The notes under the pieces are model-generated. The model saw only the letters and a program-made list of their open reading frames with translations, was not told the origin of the DNA and ran no database searches. From positions 1 to 39,574 of the forward strand of contig CAZRUN010000001.1 in assembly GCA_964603415.1 (NCBI GenBank): DNA of 39,574 bases. The letters run 5' to 3'. Below, piece by piece: positions 7,100 to 13,965 of the stretch. Made by a program: the position numbers and the translations under genes. The stretch's first letter is position 1, and the number at the start of each line of letters is the position of its first letter. Source of the DNA: an uncultured Candidatus Saccharibacteria bacterium (lineage in GTDB: Bacteria; Patescibacteriota; Minisyncoccia; Phycocordibacterales; UBA9973).

Positions 7100-7447
7100 T
7101 TATTTATTAACTAATTCTAATAATAAAACTTTTTTACATTGTTCAATATCTGATTCTCCTGTGTGGTATCTTTTACCAATTATTTCAGATATTTTTTTGT
7201 AAACTTCTTTTCTTGTAAATTGACCAGACTTCCATAAAGGGTCTATTTTTGCGTGTACTTTCATTCTCCATTGTCTTAGTTCTTTGTTTGCCATTGTTCC
7301 TAGTGGTTCTTTTGTGTTGTTGTGACAACCTACATAAGCGTCACAATCTTTACACCAATAGCACATATAAGACCTACCATATCTCTTTCCATATTTTTCT
7401 GCATTATCGCACCATCGTGCCTCTTTATTACAATAAGGACAAATCAT
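7100..7447 (-). CDS. DUF3268-type zinc-finger protein
   Basis: CPYC ... YGRSYMCYWCKDCDAYVGCH ... PLGTMANKELRQWRMKVHAKIDPLW matches my recollection of the DUF3268 pattern. Confidence 0.7.
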   Translation of the reverse strand: MICPYCNKEARWCDNAEKYGKRYGRSYMCYWCKDCDAYVGCHNNTKEPLGTMANKELRQWRMKVHAKIDPLWKSGQFTRKEVYKKISEIIGKRYHTGESDIEQCKKVLLLELVNK

Positions 7448-7650
7448 GATTTTTGTTCGATTAGATTTAATAAAAACTTATTCCATGATACACCACCTTG
7501 TGGTGGTTGGGTTGATAATAGGTCTGGGTTTTCAACACCGCAATCATGTACATCTACTTCTAACTGTGGTAGCTCTTTGAACATCTTTTCAATAATTTGT
7601 TTTTTTAAGAACCCGTCTTTATTTATTAATCGTTTTTTAACCTTTTTCAT
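7444..7650 (-). CDS. Hypothetical protein (68 aa) with a YopX-like C-terminal ENPDLLSTQP motif
   Basis: The ATG at 7650 (MKKVKKRL) is preferred over the track start. ATGA overlap with the next gene. Confidence 0.55.
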   Translation of the reverse strand: MKKVKKRLINKDGFLKKQIIEKMFKELPQLEVDVHDCGVENPDLLSTQPPQGGVSWNKFLLNLIEQKS

Positions 7651-7651
7651 A

Positions 7652-7774
7652 CTAATTAAATGTAATACTAATAAGTTGAGGTAAGATAGCCGACAACGCA
7701 CCAATAATAAAACCTACTACAAAGCATTTATATCCGAAATCAACGTCTTTATTGTGGTTTGATTTATTTTCCAT
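7652..7774 (-). CDS. Possible 40-aa single-TM micro-protein (MENKSNHNKDVDFGYKCFVVGFIIGALSAILPQLISITFN)
   Basis: Manual translation. Its start overlaps the stop of the upstream micro-ORF (ATGGAAAATAA), and its stop lies 1 nt before the ATG at 7650. Confidence 0.4.
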   Translation of the reverse strand: MENKSNHNKDVDFGYKCFVVGFIIGALSAILPQLISITFN

Positions 7775-7775
7775 G

Positions 7776-7925
7776 TTTTTTGTTTTTTATCCTGTAAAAT
7801 AACTCACGAGCTATTGAACTTCTAATTGAATAATCTCTTGGTGTGTGAATTACTTTCCAAGAACCATTCTTAAAGTTTTCTTTTATTTGTTTATAAGAAT
7901 TATCTATGATTTCTTGTGTGTTCAT
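7776..7925 (-). CDS. Possible 49-aa protein (MNTQEIIDNSYKQIKENFKNGSWKV...)
   Basis: Manual translation. It is the first ORF after the non-coding island. Confidence 0.45.
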
Positions 7926-8389
7926 ATTTTATTTAATGATGTCCTGTGTTCAGGAGATTACCCGACGTGACCATTTCAAAGCTGGTATTATGAGTAAGCA
8001 ACAGATAAAGTCTCATAAGTTTTATGATAATACTCCTGACTACAGAACACCATATATATTTTACATTACACCAGAACTGAATAGGAGGTAAGGCAATGAT
8101 TTGACTCGGCATCAGACATTAGTCTAAAGCGAACGAGTATAGTCACATTGCATGAAATACTTCACAATACTTCTTGGTCGAGTTATGAGCCCTACCTACA
8201 GCGTCTACCTATTACGCCACATACCCCCTATTCAATCCTGGTGATTACATCATGTGCCTGTGGGGAAGTGGTTACAGCTCTTTTGCTTGGTGGCTTTCTC
8301 CTCGCATAAAAGTCTTATATAACCCTTCACGGATGTACGAAGCCACAAACAATCCGCTACGCCCCCAACGACACACGATGATTTAGTTG
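7926..8389. other. 464-nt non-coding island inside the leftward operon; candidate structured RNA or cis element
   Basis: The only ORF of 60 aa or more in any frame is a 61-aa plus-strand ORF (7906-8091) that I reject, and the minus-strand frames are full of stops. The 8200-8390 part is visibly more G+C-rich than the flanks. Helices are possible (GTGGCTT 8290-8296 with AAGCCAC 8340-8346; CCAC..CCCC 8217-8227 with GGGG..GTGG 8261-8270), and CTACCTA is directly repeated. Confidence 0.35.
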
Positions 8390-8584
8390 TTAAAAAGCTC
8401 GGCTAATAAAGTAAATAAGTCCTAGTACCAGAAAGGTAGGTACTGCGTATTTCCAAAAGTTTGATTCAGCGTGCGTTGTTTCTATTTCTATAGGATCCAT
8501 TTTATAGCATTTACCATCTTTTACTGTTACTAGATCTCCTGATTTTATATATTCTCCTGCTGGTAACTGTATTATTTGTTTCAT
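8390..8584 (-). CDS. Hypothetical protein (64 aa) with a C-terminal TM helix
   Basis: The ATG at 8584 has the typical AATTATATG context. The track start at 8605 is a GTG overlapping the upstream gene. The C-terminus reads VPTFLVLGLIYFI. Confidence 0.55.
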   Translation of the reverse strand: MKQIIQLPAGEYIKSGDLVTVKDGKCYKMDPIEIETTHAESNFWKYAVPTFLVLGLIYFISRAF

Positions 8585-8591
8585 ATAATTG

Positions 8592-8816
8592 TTAAAACCA
8601 TGCACTTCTTGGATCAGGATTCATAAAAATCTTCATAAACCAAGGTGCTTTATTATAATTTTCTACCCATTCCTTATAAAAATTATCTTTAGGACACCAT
8701 GCAACGTGACAGAATGCTTTACAGCTTTGTGATTCGTTACAGTGTGTTCCTCTTATTACCTTCGCAGGAATAAACCTAGCTCCATATACGAAATCATTGG
8801 TATCGTTGTTTTTCAT
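8592..8816 (-). CDS. Cys-rich hypothetical protein (74 aa)
   Basis: ATG start; cysteines occur as HCNESQSCKAFCHVAWC. Confidence 0.6.
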   Translation of the reverse strand: MKNNDTNDFVYGARFIPAKVIRGTHCNESQSCKAFCHVAWCPKDNFYKEWVENYNKAPWFMKIFMNPDPRSAWF

Positions 8817-8820
8817 AATG

Positions 8821-9012
8821 TTATCTTATAGTGCACAGTGGGTCTGTAGGTGCACAATTAGGATCAAGTGTTTCGCCTTCTTTGTAGTATGGTTTTTTTT
8901 CACCTGATAATTTTGGGTAAAATATTAAAGTTGATATGTATAATATAAAAATTATAACAACCATTATAACTTCAAGATTCTTTTCAAACTGTGACTGTTT
9001 TTCGAATTTCAT
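8821..9012 (-). CDS. Hypothetical single-TM protein (63 aa)
   Basis: ATGA overlap with the upstream nuclease gene; TM segment VIMVVIIFILYISTLIF. Confidence 0.55.
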   Translation of the reverse strand: MKFEKQSQFEKNLEVIMVVIIFILYISTLIFYPKLSGEKKPYYKEGETLDPNCAPTDPLCTIR

Positions 9013-9626
9013 AGTTCTAAATTATTAATAAACTCTGCATAGGCGTCACTGATCTCAAGTGCGTTTTTCTTGATGCGTTCTCGCATTTTAACGACTTCAC
9101 GCTTATCGAACTTGCGTTTAAAGACCTGTGACTTACCTGTAAACTCGATCCGTTCGTCTTGTCCGTTGTATAGTCCCATCTTTTGAGACTTATCTTCCTT
9201 GGTTTCGAGCCAAATCAGCTCTGCATACTCCGGCATAGTGCCTGTAAGTGCCTCTAATGCGGTCGCATAGAAGGCTAGTTGCCCGTGTTTCTGTACCTTT
9301 GCCTTAGTCCAAGGGTGTTTCCCTGTCTTATATTCTAGTACAAGGTTCTTTATTGTGTCGTAGGAGTCAATGAATCCGAGGATCATAACCCCGTCAATAT
9401 CTACATTAAACTTAAACTCAACTGAGTTATAGATTGGGAGATCCGGGAAGTCCTTCTTATAGGTACCGTCCTCAACTGATTTAGCGAACGACTTTCCGAA
9501 ACGAAGGAATTTAGTGTCTAATCGTTTTCCTCCCTCGAAGTATTCTCTTTTGAAACGTTCTTTATTACTTTCCCATGTAGTCATTGCTGACCATGAGAGA
9601 TATCCACGTGGGAGGGTTATAGTCAT
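9009..9626 (-). CDS. PD-(D/E)XK nuclease, RecB/Cas4-like (no Cys cluster)
   Basis: GFIDSYD ... LVLEYKTGK gives the D...ExK motif. HGQLAFYATAL gives the QxxxY motif typical of RecB-family nucleases. Confidence 0.75.
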   Translation of the reverse strand: MTITLPRGYLSWSAMTTWESNKERFKREYFEGGKRLDTKFLRFGKSFAKSVEDGTYKKDFPDLPIYNSVEFKFNVDIDGVMILGFIDSYDTIKNLVLEYKTGKHPWTKAKVQKHGQLAFYATALEALTGTMPEYAELIWLETKEDKSQKMGLYNGQDERIEFTGKSQVFKRKFDKREVVKMRERIKKNALEISDAYAEFINNLEL

Positions 9627-9721
9627 GATATTCTTTCTAATAATCTTATAATAATAAACAAGATAATCATTCCTAATAACCAGTTTAAGAATGCTTTTTT
9701 TGAACTTCCATTTCCATTCAT
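9623..9721 (-). CDS. Possible 32-aa TM micro-protein (MNGNGSSKKAFLNWLLGMIILFIIIRLLERIS)
   Basis: Manual translation; ATGA overlap with the nuclease start. Confidence 0.35.
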   Translation of the reverse strand: MNGNGSSKKAFLNWLLGMIILFIIIRLLERIS

Positions 9722-9724
9722 ATA

Positions 9725-10165
9725 TTAACTAAAATAAGTGCTGATAATGTAGCTGATTTCTTCTTGAGGGATCTTGGTTGATGCTAGGATTTTACTCTTG
9801 AGCTGTGCTAGTACTACTGGATCACTGGTTGCTTTTGTAGCATTAATTGCCACAATTGCTGGTTCTGACATAATAGTTCTTTCATATAGTGCTGTAGGGA
9901 TAGTTGCTTCGGTAACGGTCATAGTAGGCATTGGTGCAGGAGTAGGTTCTGTTTTTACTGTAGCCTGTTTAACAGCGTTTACTGAGAACTGATTGTGTAG
10001 GCTTTTGATGTACGGCATTACTAGCTCGTGAGCTTGTTCGAGTGTTGTAGCTTCAACAGTAATCTCTGGTTGAATGTTCTCGTATTGACCTGTAGCAATT
10101 ACTGCTTTCATGGTGAATGAGATGAGTTTTGGCGTGGTTGTTTTGATTTTGGTTTCTTTTTTCAT
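9725..10165 (-). CDS. Hypothetical protein (146 aa) with a Pro/Thr-rich linker
   Basis: The ATG at 10165 (MKKETKIK) lies 2 nt after the upstream stop. The track start would overlap the upstream gene. Confidence 0.6.
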   Translation of the reverse strand: MKKETKIKTTTPKLISFTMKAVIATGQYENIQPEITVEATTLEQAHELVMPYIKSLHNQFSVNAVKQATVKTEPTPAPMPTMTVTEATIPTALYERTIMSEPAIVAINATKATSDPVVLAQLKSKILASTKIPQEEISYIISTYFS

Positions 10166-10167
10166 GG

Positions 10168-10458
10168 TTATAGTTTCACTGGAGTGAATGATAATGAGGT
10201 TGATTCGGTGCATGTTGCATCACCTACTTCGACTGACTTGGCTTTTATTTCGTCGTATGTTTCTTTAGCTTCGTTTACGTATTCTGGGTATTCCCATGTA
10301 TTTACGGATCGTAGTGAGAACTTACCGAGTGGTGTTGCAAGGGTCTTTTGACCTGATGCAAGTACTTCAGCAGTAATTACTTCTTTCAGTGCATCACGTT
10401 GTTCGGTGAGGGCTGTAATCTGTGCTGTTAGTTGTGCGTAGTGTTCAAAGTTATTCAT
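10168..10458 (-). CDS. Hypothetical protein (96 aa), coiled N-terminus
   Basis: ATG-initiated ORF that overlaps the stop of the acidic micro-ORF. Confidence 0.6.
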   Translation of the reverse strand: MNNFEHYAQLTAQITALTEQRDALKEVITAEVLASGQKTLATPLGKFSLRSVNTWEYPEYVNEAKETYDEIKAKSVEVGDATCTESTSLSFTPVKL

Positions 10459-10588
10459 ATACTTCTTCTTCGATTACTTCTTCTTCTGTGTCTTCTGGTA
10501 GTACAACGTTTCCATCGTCATCTACGATAAAGTCATCTTCCTCGTCGTTTAACATGTGATTAGGGTACCAGTCTGGGTAATTGTTCAT
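10451..10588 (-). CDS. Highly acidic 45-aa protein (MNNYPDWYPNHMLNDEEDDFIVDDDGNVVLPEDTEEEVIEEEVYE)
   Basis: Manual translation gives 18 D/E and no K/R. The ATG lies 3 nt after the RHH gene stop. Confidence 0.45.
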   Translation of the reverse strand: MNNYPDWYPNHMLNDEEDDFIVDDDGNVVLPEDTEEEVIEEEVYE

Positions 10589-10591
10589 AGG

Positions 10592-10744
10592 TTATTTTAA
10601 AAAATAATGATTAATAATATTGCGAAATAATTGTCCTTGCGAGATGCGTTGTTTATAAGCTTCATCTGCAATTTGTTTTTTTTGCTTGGGAGTGATCCGA
10701 GTCGCAATCGGTACGAGCATTTGAGTTTGTGGTTTCTTTGGCAT
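10592..10744 (-). CDS. Ribbon-helix-helix (CopG/Arc-like) transcriptional regulator, 50 aa
   Basis: MLVPIATRITPKQKKQIADEAYKQRISQGQLFRNIINHYF fits a beta-strand followed by two helices. The ATG at 10744 lies downstream of a good promoter. Confidence 0.65.
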   Translation of the reverse strand: MPKKPQTQMLVPIATRITPKQKKQIADEAYKQRISQGQLFRNIINHYFLK

Positions 10745-10781
10745 ATATAATAAATTAGGTTTATGGTTTCGACCTGTAATA

Positions 10782-10829
10782 AATATACCACTTGCATTAT
10801 TGTAACGCAAGCGGTATATCTGTGGATAA
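10782..10829 (-). promoter_or_regulatory. Leftward promoter with an overlapping palindromic operator and an upstream DnaA box
   Basis: On the minus strand: -35 TTGCGT (10805-10810), a 17-nt spacer, and TGGTATATT (10782-10790). A 21-bp imperfect palindrome CTTGCATTATTGTAACGCAAG (10791-10811) covers the -35 element and spacer. TTATCCACA lies at 10821-10829. Confidence 0.6.
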
Positions 10830-11006
10830 CTATTTTCCGTTTTCTATGTCCTCCAATCGGTGTCGTTCTTTCTGGATCAGTTCTGCAAGGTTGAGTAAAT
10901 TGGTATCTTTCACTTCTGTAATATTTAAGAACAGAGGAGAGTGTGTCAATATGTATTTTGCTGCATGTAGGTCAGCTAGTACGTTGTTTCTTATGGTTTC
11001 GTTCAT
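10830..11006 (-). CDS. Hypothetical 58-aa protein (MNETIRNNVLADLHAAKYIL...)
   Basis: Manual translation; ATG start; below the track cutoff. It fills the gap between 11016 and the promoter. Confidence 0.5.
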   Translation of the reverse strand: MNETIRNNVLADLHAAKYILTHSPLFLNITEVKDTNLLNLAELIQKERHRLEDIENGK

Positions 11007-11015
11007 ATTTTTGTT

Positions 11016-11237
11016 TTATAAATATTCTTCTAATTCTTCAGTAGTAGTATTTTTTAAGATTCTTCCACCTCTTGGAAAAGTTGGAGTAATTACTACAGTT
11101 TGTATCTGTACAGTACCTGAGCTAAAGTAATGATTGACACGGGTTGATGTTTCATTTATATAAGATCTCATGGTAGGGTTCTTTGATTCTATTGGACTAT
11201 ATCCATACGCTTGGATTATTTCATCTATTTCATTCAT
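11016..11237 (-). CDS. Hypothetical protein (73 aa)
   Basis: ATG-initiated ORF directly downstream of the primase gene. Confidence 0.6.
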   Translation of the reverse strand: MNEIDEIIQAYGYSPIESKNPTMRSYINETSTRVNHYFSSGTVQIQTVVITPTFPRGGRILKNTTTEELEEYL

Positions 11238-11245
11238 ATATTTAA

Positions 11246-13717
11246 TTAAAAATTATCCATTTGATAAAGAGTTTTTTTATTAATATTGCTTGCAACCATA
11301 TAATGGTCATGTATATCAATACCTTCAGTTTTCATTTTACCACCATGCTTTTCTCGTGCAATAATTTGAAACTTCTTATCACGTTCTGATATTCGTTTTA
11401 TTTCAGATGTAAATCTTCTATATGCTACAGGTTTCTGTCCGTTGTTTTCTACGTAACTACGATATGTTTTATACAGTACTTCGGTATAAATATGTGTAGC
11501 TTCTTTTGGATAAGTAGCCTCGCTAATAAATGCAAACACTGTACTATTATCTTCTCGGTATCCCTTAATGATATCTTCTTGTTCTTGTGTTTCTGTAAAC
11601 TTACCATTCTTTTCAAGTCTGTTAAGTCCTTCAAGTGCCCAATTTAGTATTCCTGATAATTCATGAGCAAGTTTACCTCCTGAAAACCGTAGTGTTGTGT
11701 CCGGGTGAGATCTAAAATTATTTCCAAAATTCACTGCTAAGATACGGCGTTCTGTTCCTGACGAACTATCATCTACTCGTGGCATTTCATTCACTGCAAG
11801 AATAAACTTTGCTTGTGTTCTAAACTTAAACTGATCTCGGTACTTCATGTTTACAGTAATTTCTTCTCCTGAAATCAATGCTTTAAGTTTGTTTGAGTGA
11901 AAGTAGTTACCTGAAATTTCTTCAATAATATTTAATCTCTTTCCGATCAATCCCGCCATTCCGAATTGTCCGTAGATATCTTCAAGTGAAATATTAGATG
12001 TTGCATCTTTTCCAACAAGCATTCCAATGGTATCAGCAAATGTTGACTTTCCGTTCCCCCCGTCCCCAATCAAGTACAACGCTTTTGAGTGTTTCATTGA
12101 ACGTGTGAGACAGTATCCTGCATATTCTTGCAACATATTTCTTTTCAATTCCTCTTCTTGTCCTTCTGTCCAAGCTTGCAAGCTCTTATTCCACACTTCG
12201 CACTTAGCGTTTGGATCGTAATCAACATCAAACTGTACAAAGCTTACAAAATCAGGTGTGTGTTTTAATAGTTCTTTTGTTCTAATGTTCAATAGTCCAT
12301 TTTTAACGTTAATTATATCAGGGTCTTCATTTTCTGTTATGGTTGGAAGTATTGAAAGTAAACACATTATCTTATCAGATACACATCGACTCGTTCTATA
12401 AGTCCATAACATATCTTCAAGCATTGAAGATAGTATTAATGTATTAAGATTATCTCTATCTAACATTTTATAAACACCTCCCGAGTAGTTAAATACAACA
12501 CCTGCGTGGTTTTTTTTCAAGTTTGGATACTTATTTAATATCTCAATTTCATACGTTGAAAACCGGATCTTATCTTGTTCTCTCCGCTCCTTAGCGACTT
12601 CTGTATATGCTTTTTTAAGAGCCTCTTCTTCTTCTTGTGTTGTATTGTGCTTTATAATTTCATTATTCTTTCCAAATACGCAATTATTATCATAAGCCCA
12701 TTCAACAACCTTCTTAACTTCGTATCCACCACGACCTTTTTCTTTCACGATTCCATGCCAACCAGTCTTGGTAATATGTTTTACTGTCTCTTCCTTACTC
12801 CAACCTGCCATACGTGCTAGTGCACTTGCTACGATCATTGCTCCGTGTCTTGAAGTGTTTGGTGGTAGTGTACGGTCATCACCACTAAGTATTGCCTTAA
12901 ACGAAGGTCGTTCTTCAAGTGGGTACTTACTATTAAGTGCTTGAAAAAAGTTTGCTGTTTCGTTGCTGATAGTAACAATATCACCTCCAGTAATACGGTT
13001 CTTACTTGACGCAATACTACTTAATCCGTTTGAAACACTTCTCTCTACTGTAGTATCAGGTGTTGATAATGCGATAATCTCCTCAACCTGATTCATACTG
13101 TATCGCTTTGACAGTTCTTTTTTAATTATATTAATAGTAAAAGGTGCCTTATCGTATCCTTCTTTATATAAATTATCTGTTTTTTTCCAATACTTAGTCT
13201 GAGGAATACGTAAAATTCTTGTAAGATCTTTTACTACGTTATCAGCTTTAAACCATGATACTAGTTCTTGTTCTATAAACAACCATTGTTGTTTTTTCTT
13301 TTCCCATTCTTCTTCACTGTAATCATCTTTATATATTGTCTCATCAAGTAACCAATACAGATGATATCCTTTCATTGTCTCAATAATATAAGTAGGAGCA
13401 AATACTGCTGATATTTTATCAAGCTCTAATTGATCTTTACGGTTATCAATATCAATAAAAAATGAATTAATACATGTAAGGTCGTTTAATGTACAACTTT
13501 TGTTTTTTGCAAAATTAGCAAACCCGTTTACTGTAAAGTAACTTTCGTATCCAAGGCTATTAAATTCTTCTATTTTTTCATAATCTGATGTAAGCTCAGG
13601 CTTTCTACTATTGCCTGTTATGTCAATAAATCTAAACACATGGTCTGGAAACATTTCAAGAAATTCATCTCTCTTCTTTTTTTCCGTTGCGGTTAATATA
13701 TTTTTTTTATTATCCAT
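11246..13717 (-). CDS. Bifunctional primase-polymerase (AEP prim-pol) fused to a D5/P4-type SF3 helicase
   Basis: The N-terminal region has FFIDIDN (DxD motif) and KGYHLYW (sxH motif). The C-terminal region has the Walker A LIGDGGNGKSTF plus P4/D5-like sequence. The ATG at 13717 is preferred over the TTG at 13732. Confidence 0.9.
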   Translation of the reverse strand: MDNKKNILTATEKKKRDEFLEMFPDHVFRFIDITGNSRKPELTSDYEKIEEFNSLGYESYFTVNGFANFAKNKSCTLNDLTCINSFFIDIDNRKDQLELDKISAVFAPTYIIETMKGYHLYWLLDETIYKDDYSEEEWEKKKQQWLFIEQELVSWFKADNVVKDLTRILRIPQTKYWKKTDNLYKEGYDKAPFTINIIKKELSKRYSMNQVEEIIALSTPDTTVERSVSNGLSSIASSKNRITGGDIVTISNETANFFQALNSKYPLEERPSFKAILSGDDRTLPPNTSRHGAMIVASALARMAGWSKEETVKHITKTGWHGIVKEKGRGGYEVKKVVEWAYDNNCVFGKNNEIIKHNTTQEEEEALKKAYTEVAKERREQDKIRFSTYEIEILNKYPNLKKNHAGVVFNYSGGVYKMLDRDNLNTLILSSMLEDMLWTYRTSRCVSDKIMCLLSILPTITENEDPDIINVKNGLLNIRTKELLKHTPDFVSFVQFDVDYDPNAKCEVWNKSLQAWTEGQEEELKRNMLQEYAGYCLTRSMKHSKALYLIGDGGNGKSTFADTIGMLVGKDATSNISLEDIYGQFGMAGLIGKRLNIIEEISGNYFHSNKLKALISGEEITVNMKYRDQFKFRTQAKFILAVNEMPRVDDSSSGTERRILAVNFGNNFRSHPDTTLRFSGGKLAHELSGILNWALEGLNRLEKNGKFTETQEQEDIIKGYREDNSTVFAFISEATYPKEATHIYTEVLYKTYRSYVENNGQKPVAYRRFTSEIKRISERDKKFQIIAREKHGGKMKTEGIDIHDHYMVASNINKKTLYQMDNF

Positions 13718-13726
13718 AGTGAGTAT

Positions 13727-13816
13727 TCTCAAGCGACAGTATTTCCAACTTCAGGGAAGAAATACCGTCACTTGAGAACTGAAGTTATTTTTTTCTACTG
13801 GTTCGACAACCAGTAG
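13727..13816 (-). promoter_or_regulatory. Structured 5' leader of the primase mRNA with mutually exclusive hairpins
   Basis: Hairpin A pairs TCTCAAG.GAC.GTATTTC (13727-13745) with GAAATAC.GTC.CTTGAGA (13759-13777). Hairpin B pairs AACTTCAG (13747-13754) with CTGAAGTT (13779-13786). Hairpin C is CTACTGGTT-CGAC-AACCAGTAG (13795-13816). Confidence 0.45.
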
Positions 13817-13873
13817 ACACTATTATACTACTTTTAAAAAATAAAACACAAATAAAAGTAATACAATATTCCA

Positions 13874-13918
13874 ATTGTAACACATAACCTATACAAATGT
13901 CAAATAAATATGTATAAT
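13874..13918. promoter_or_regulatory. Back-to-back overlapping divergent promoters
   Basis: Minus strand: TTGACA (13898-13903), an 18-nt spacer, and TGtTACAAT (-10 hexamer at 13874-13879). Plus strand: TATACA (13890-13895), a 17-nt spacer, and TATAAT (13913-13918). Confidence 0.5.
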
Positions 13919-13965
13919 CATTGATTTTTTAGGTGTTTTTTTTGGTAAATAAGCCTTATTTTAGT

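Noticed and set aside
7906-8091. 61-aa plus-strand ORF in the non-coding island
   Set aside because: It lies on the opposite strand to the whole operon, has no promoter or start context, and has a low-complexity composition.
7926-8389. tmRNA, tRNA-derived attP or group I intron identity for the non-coding island
   Set aside because: A GGGGGCG 5' element and R/S-like strings (TCAGAC...AGTCT, GAGTATAGTC, AATCCGC) caught my eye. However, the acceptor-complementary 3' end and the T-loop (GGTTCGAATCC) are absent. The P/Q/R/S elements are not in the required order on either strand, and no split host gene flanks the region.
10792-11130. 112-aa plus-strand ORF
   Set aside because: It is antisense to two well-packed minus-strand genes (10830-11006 and 11016-11237) and to the promoter region.
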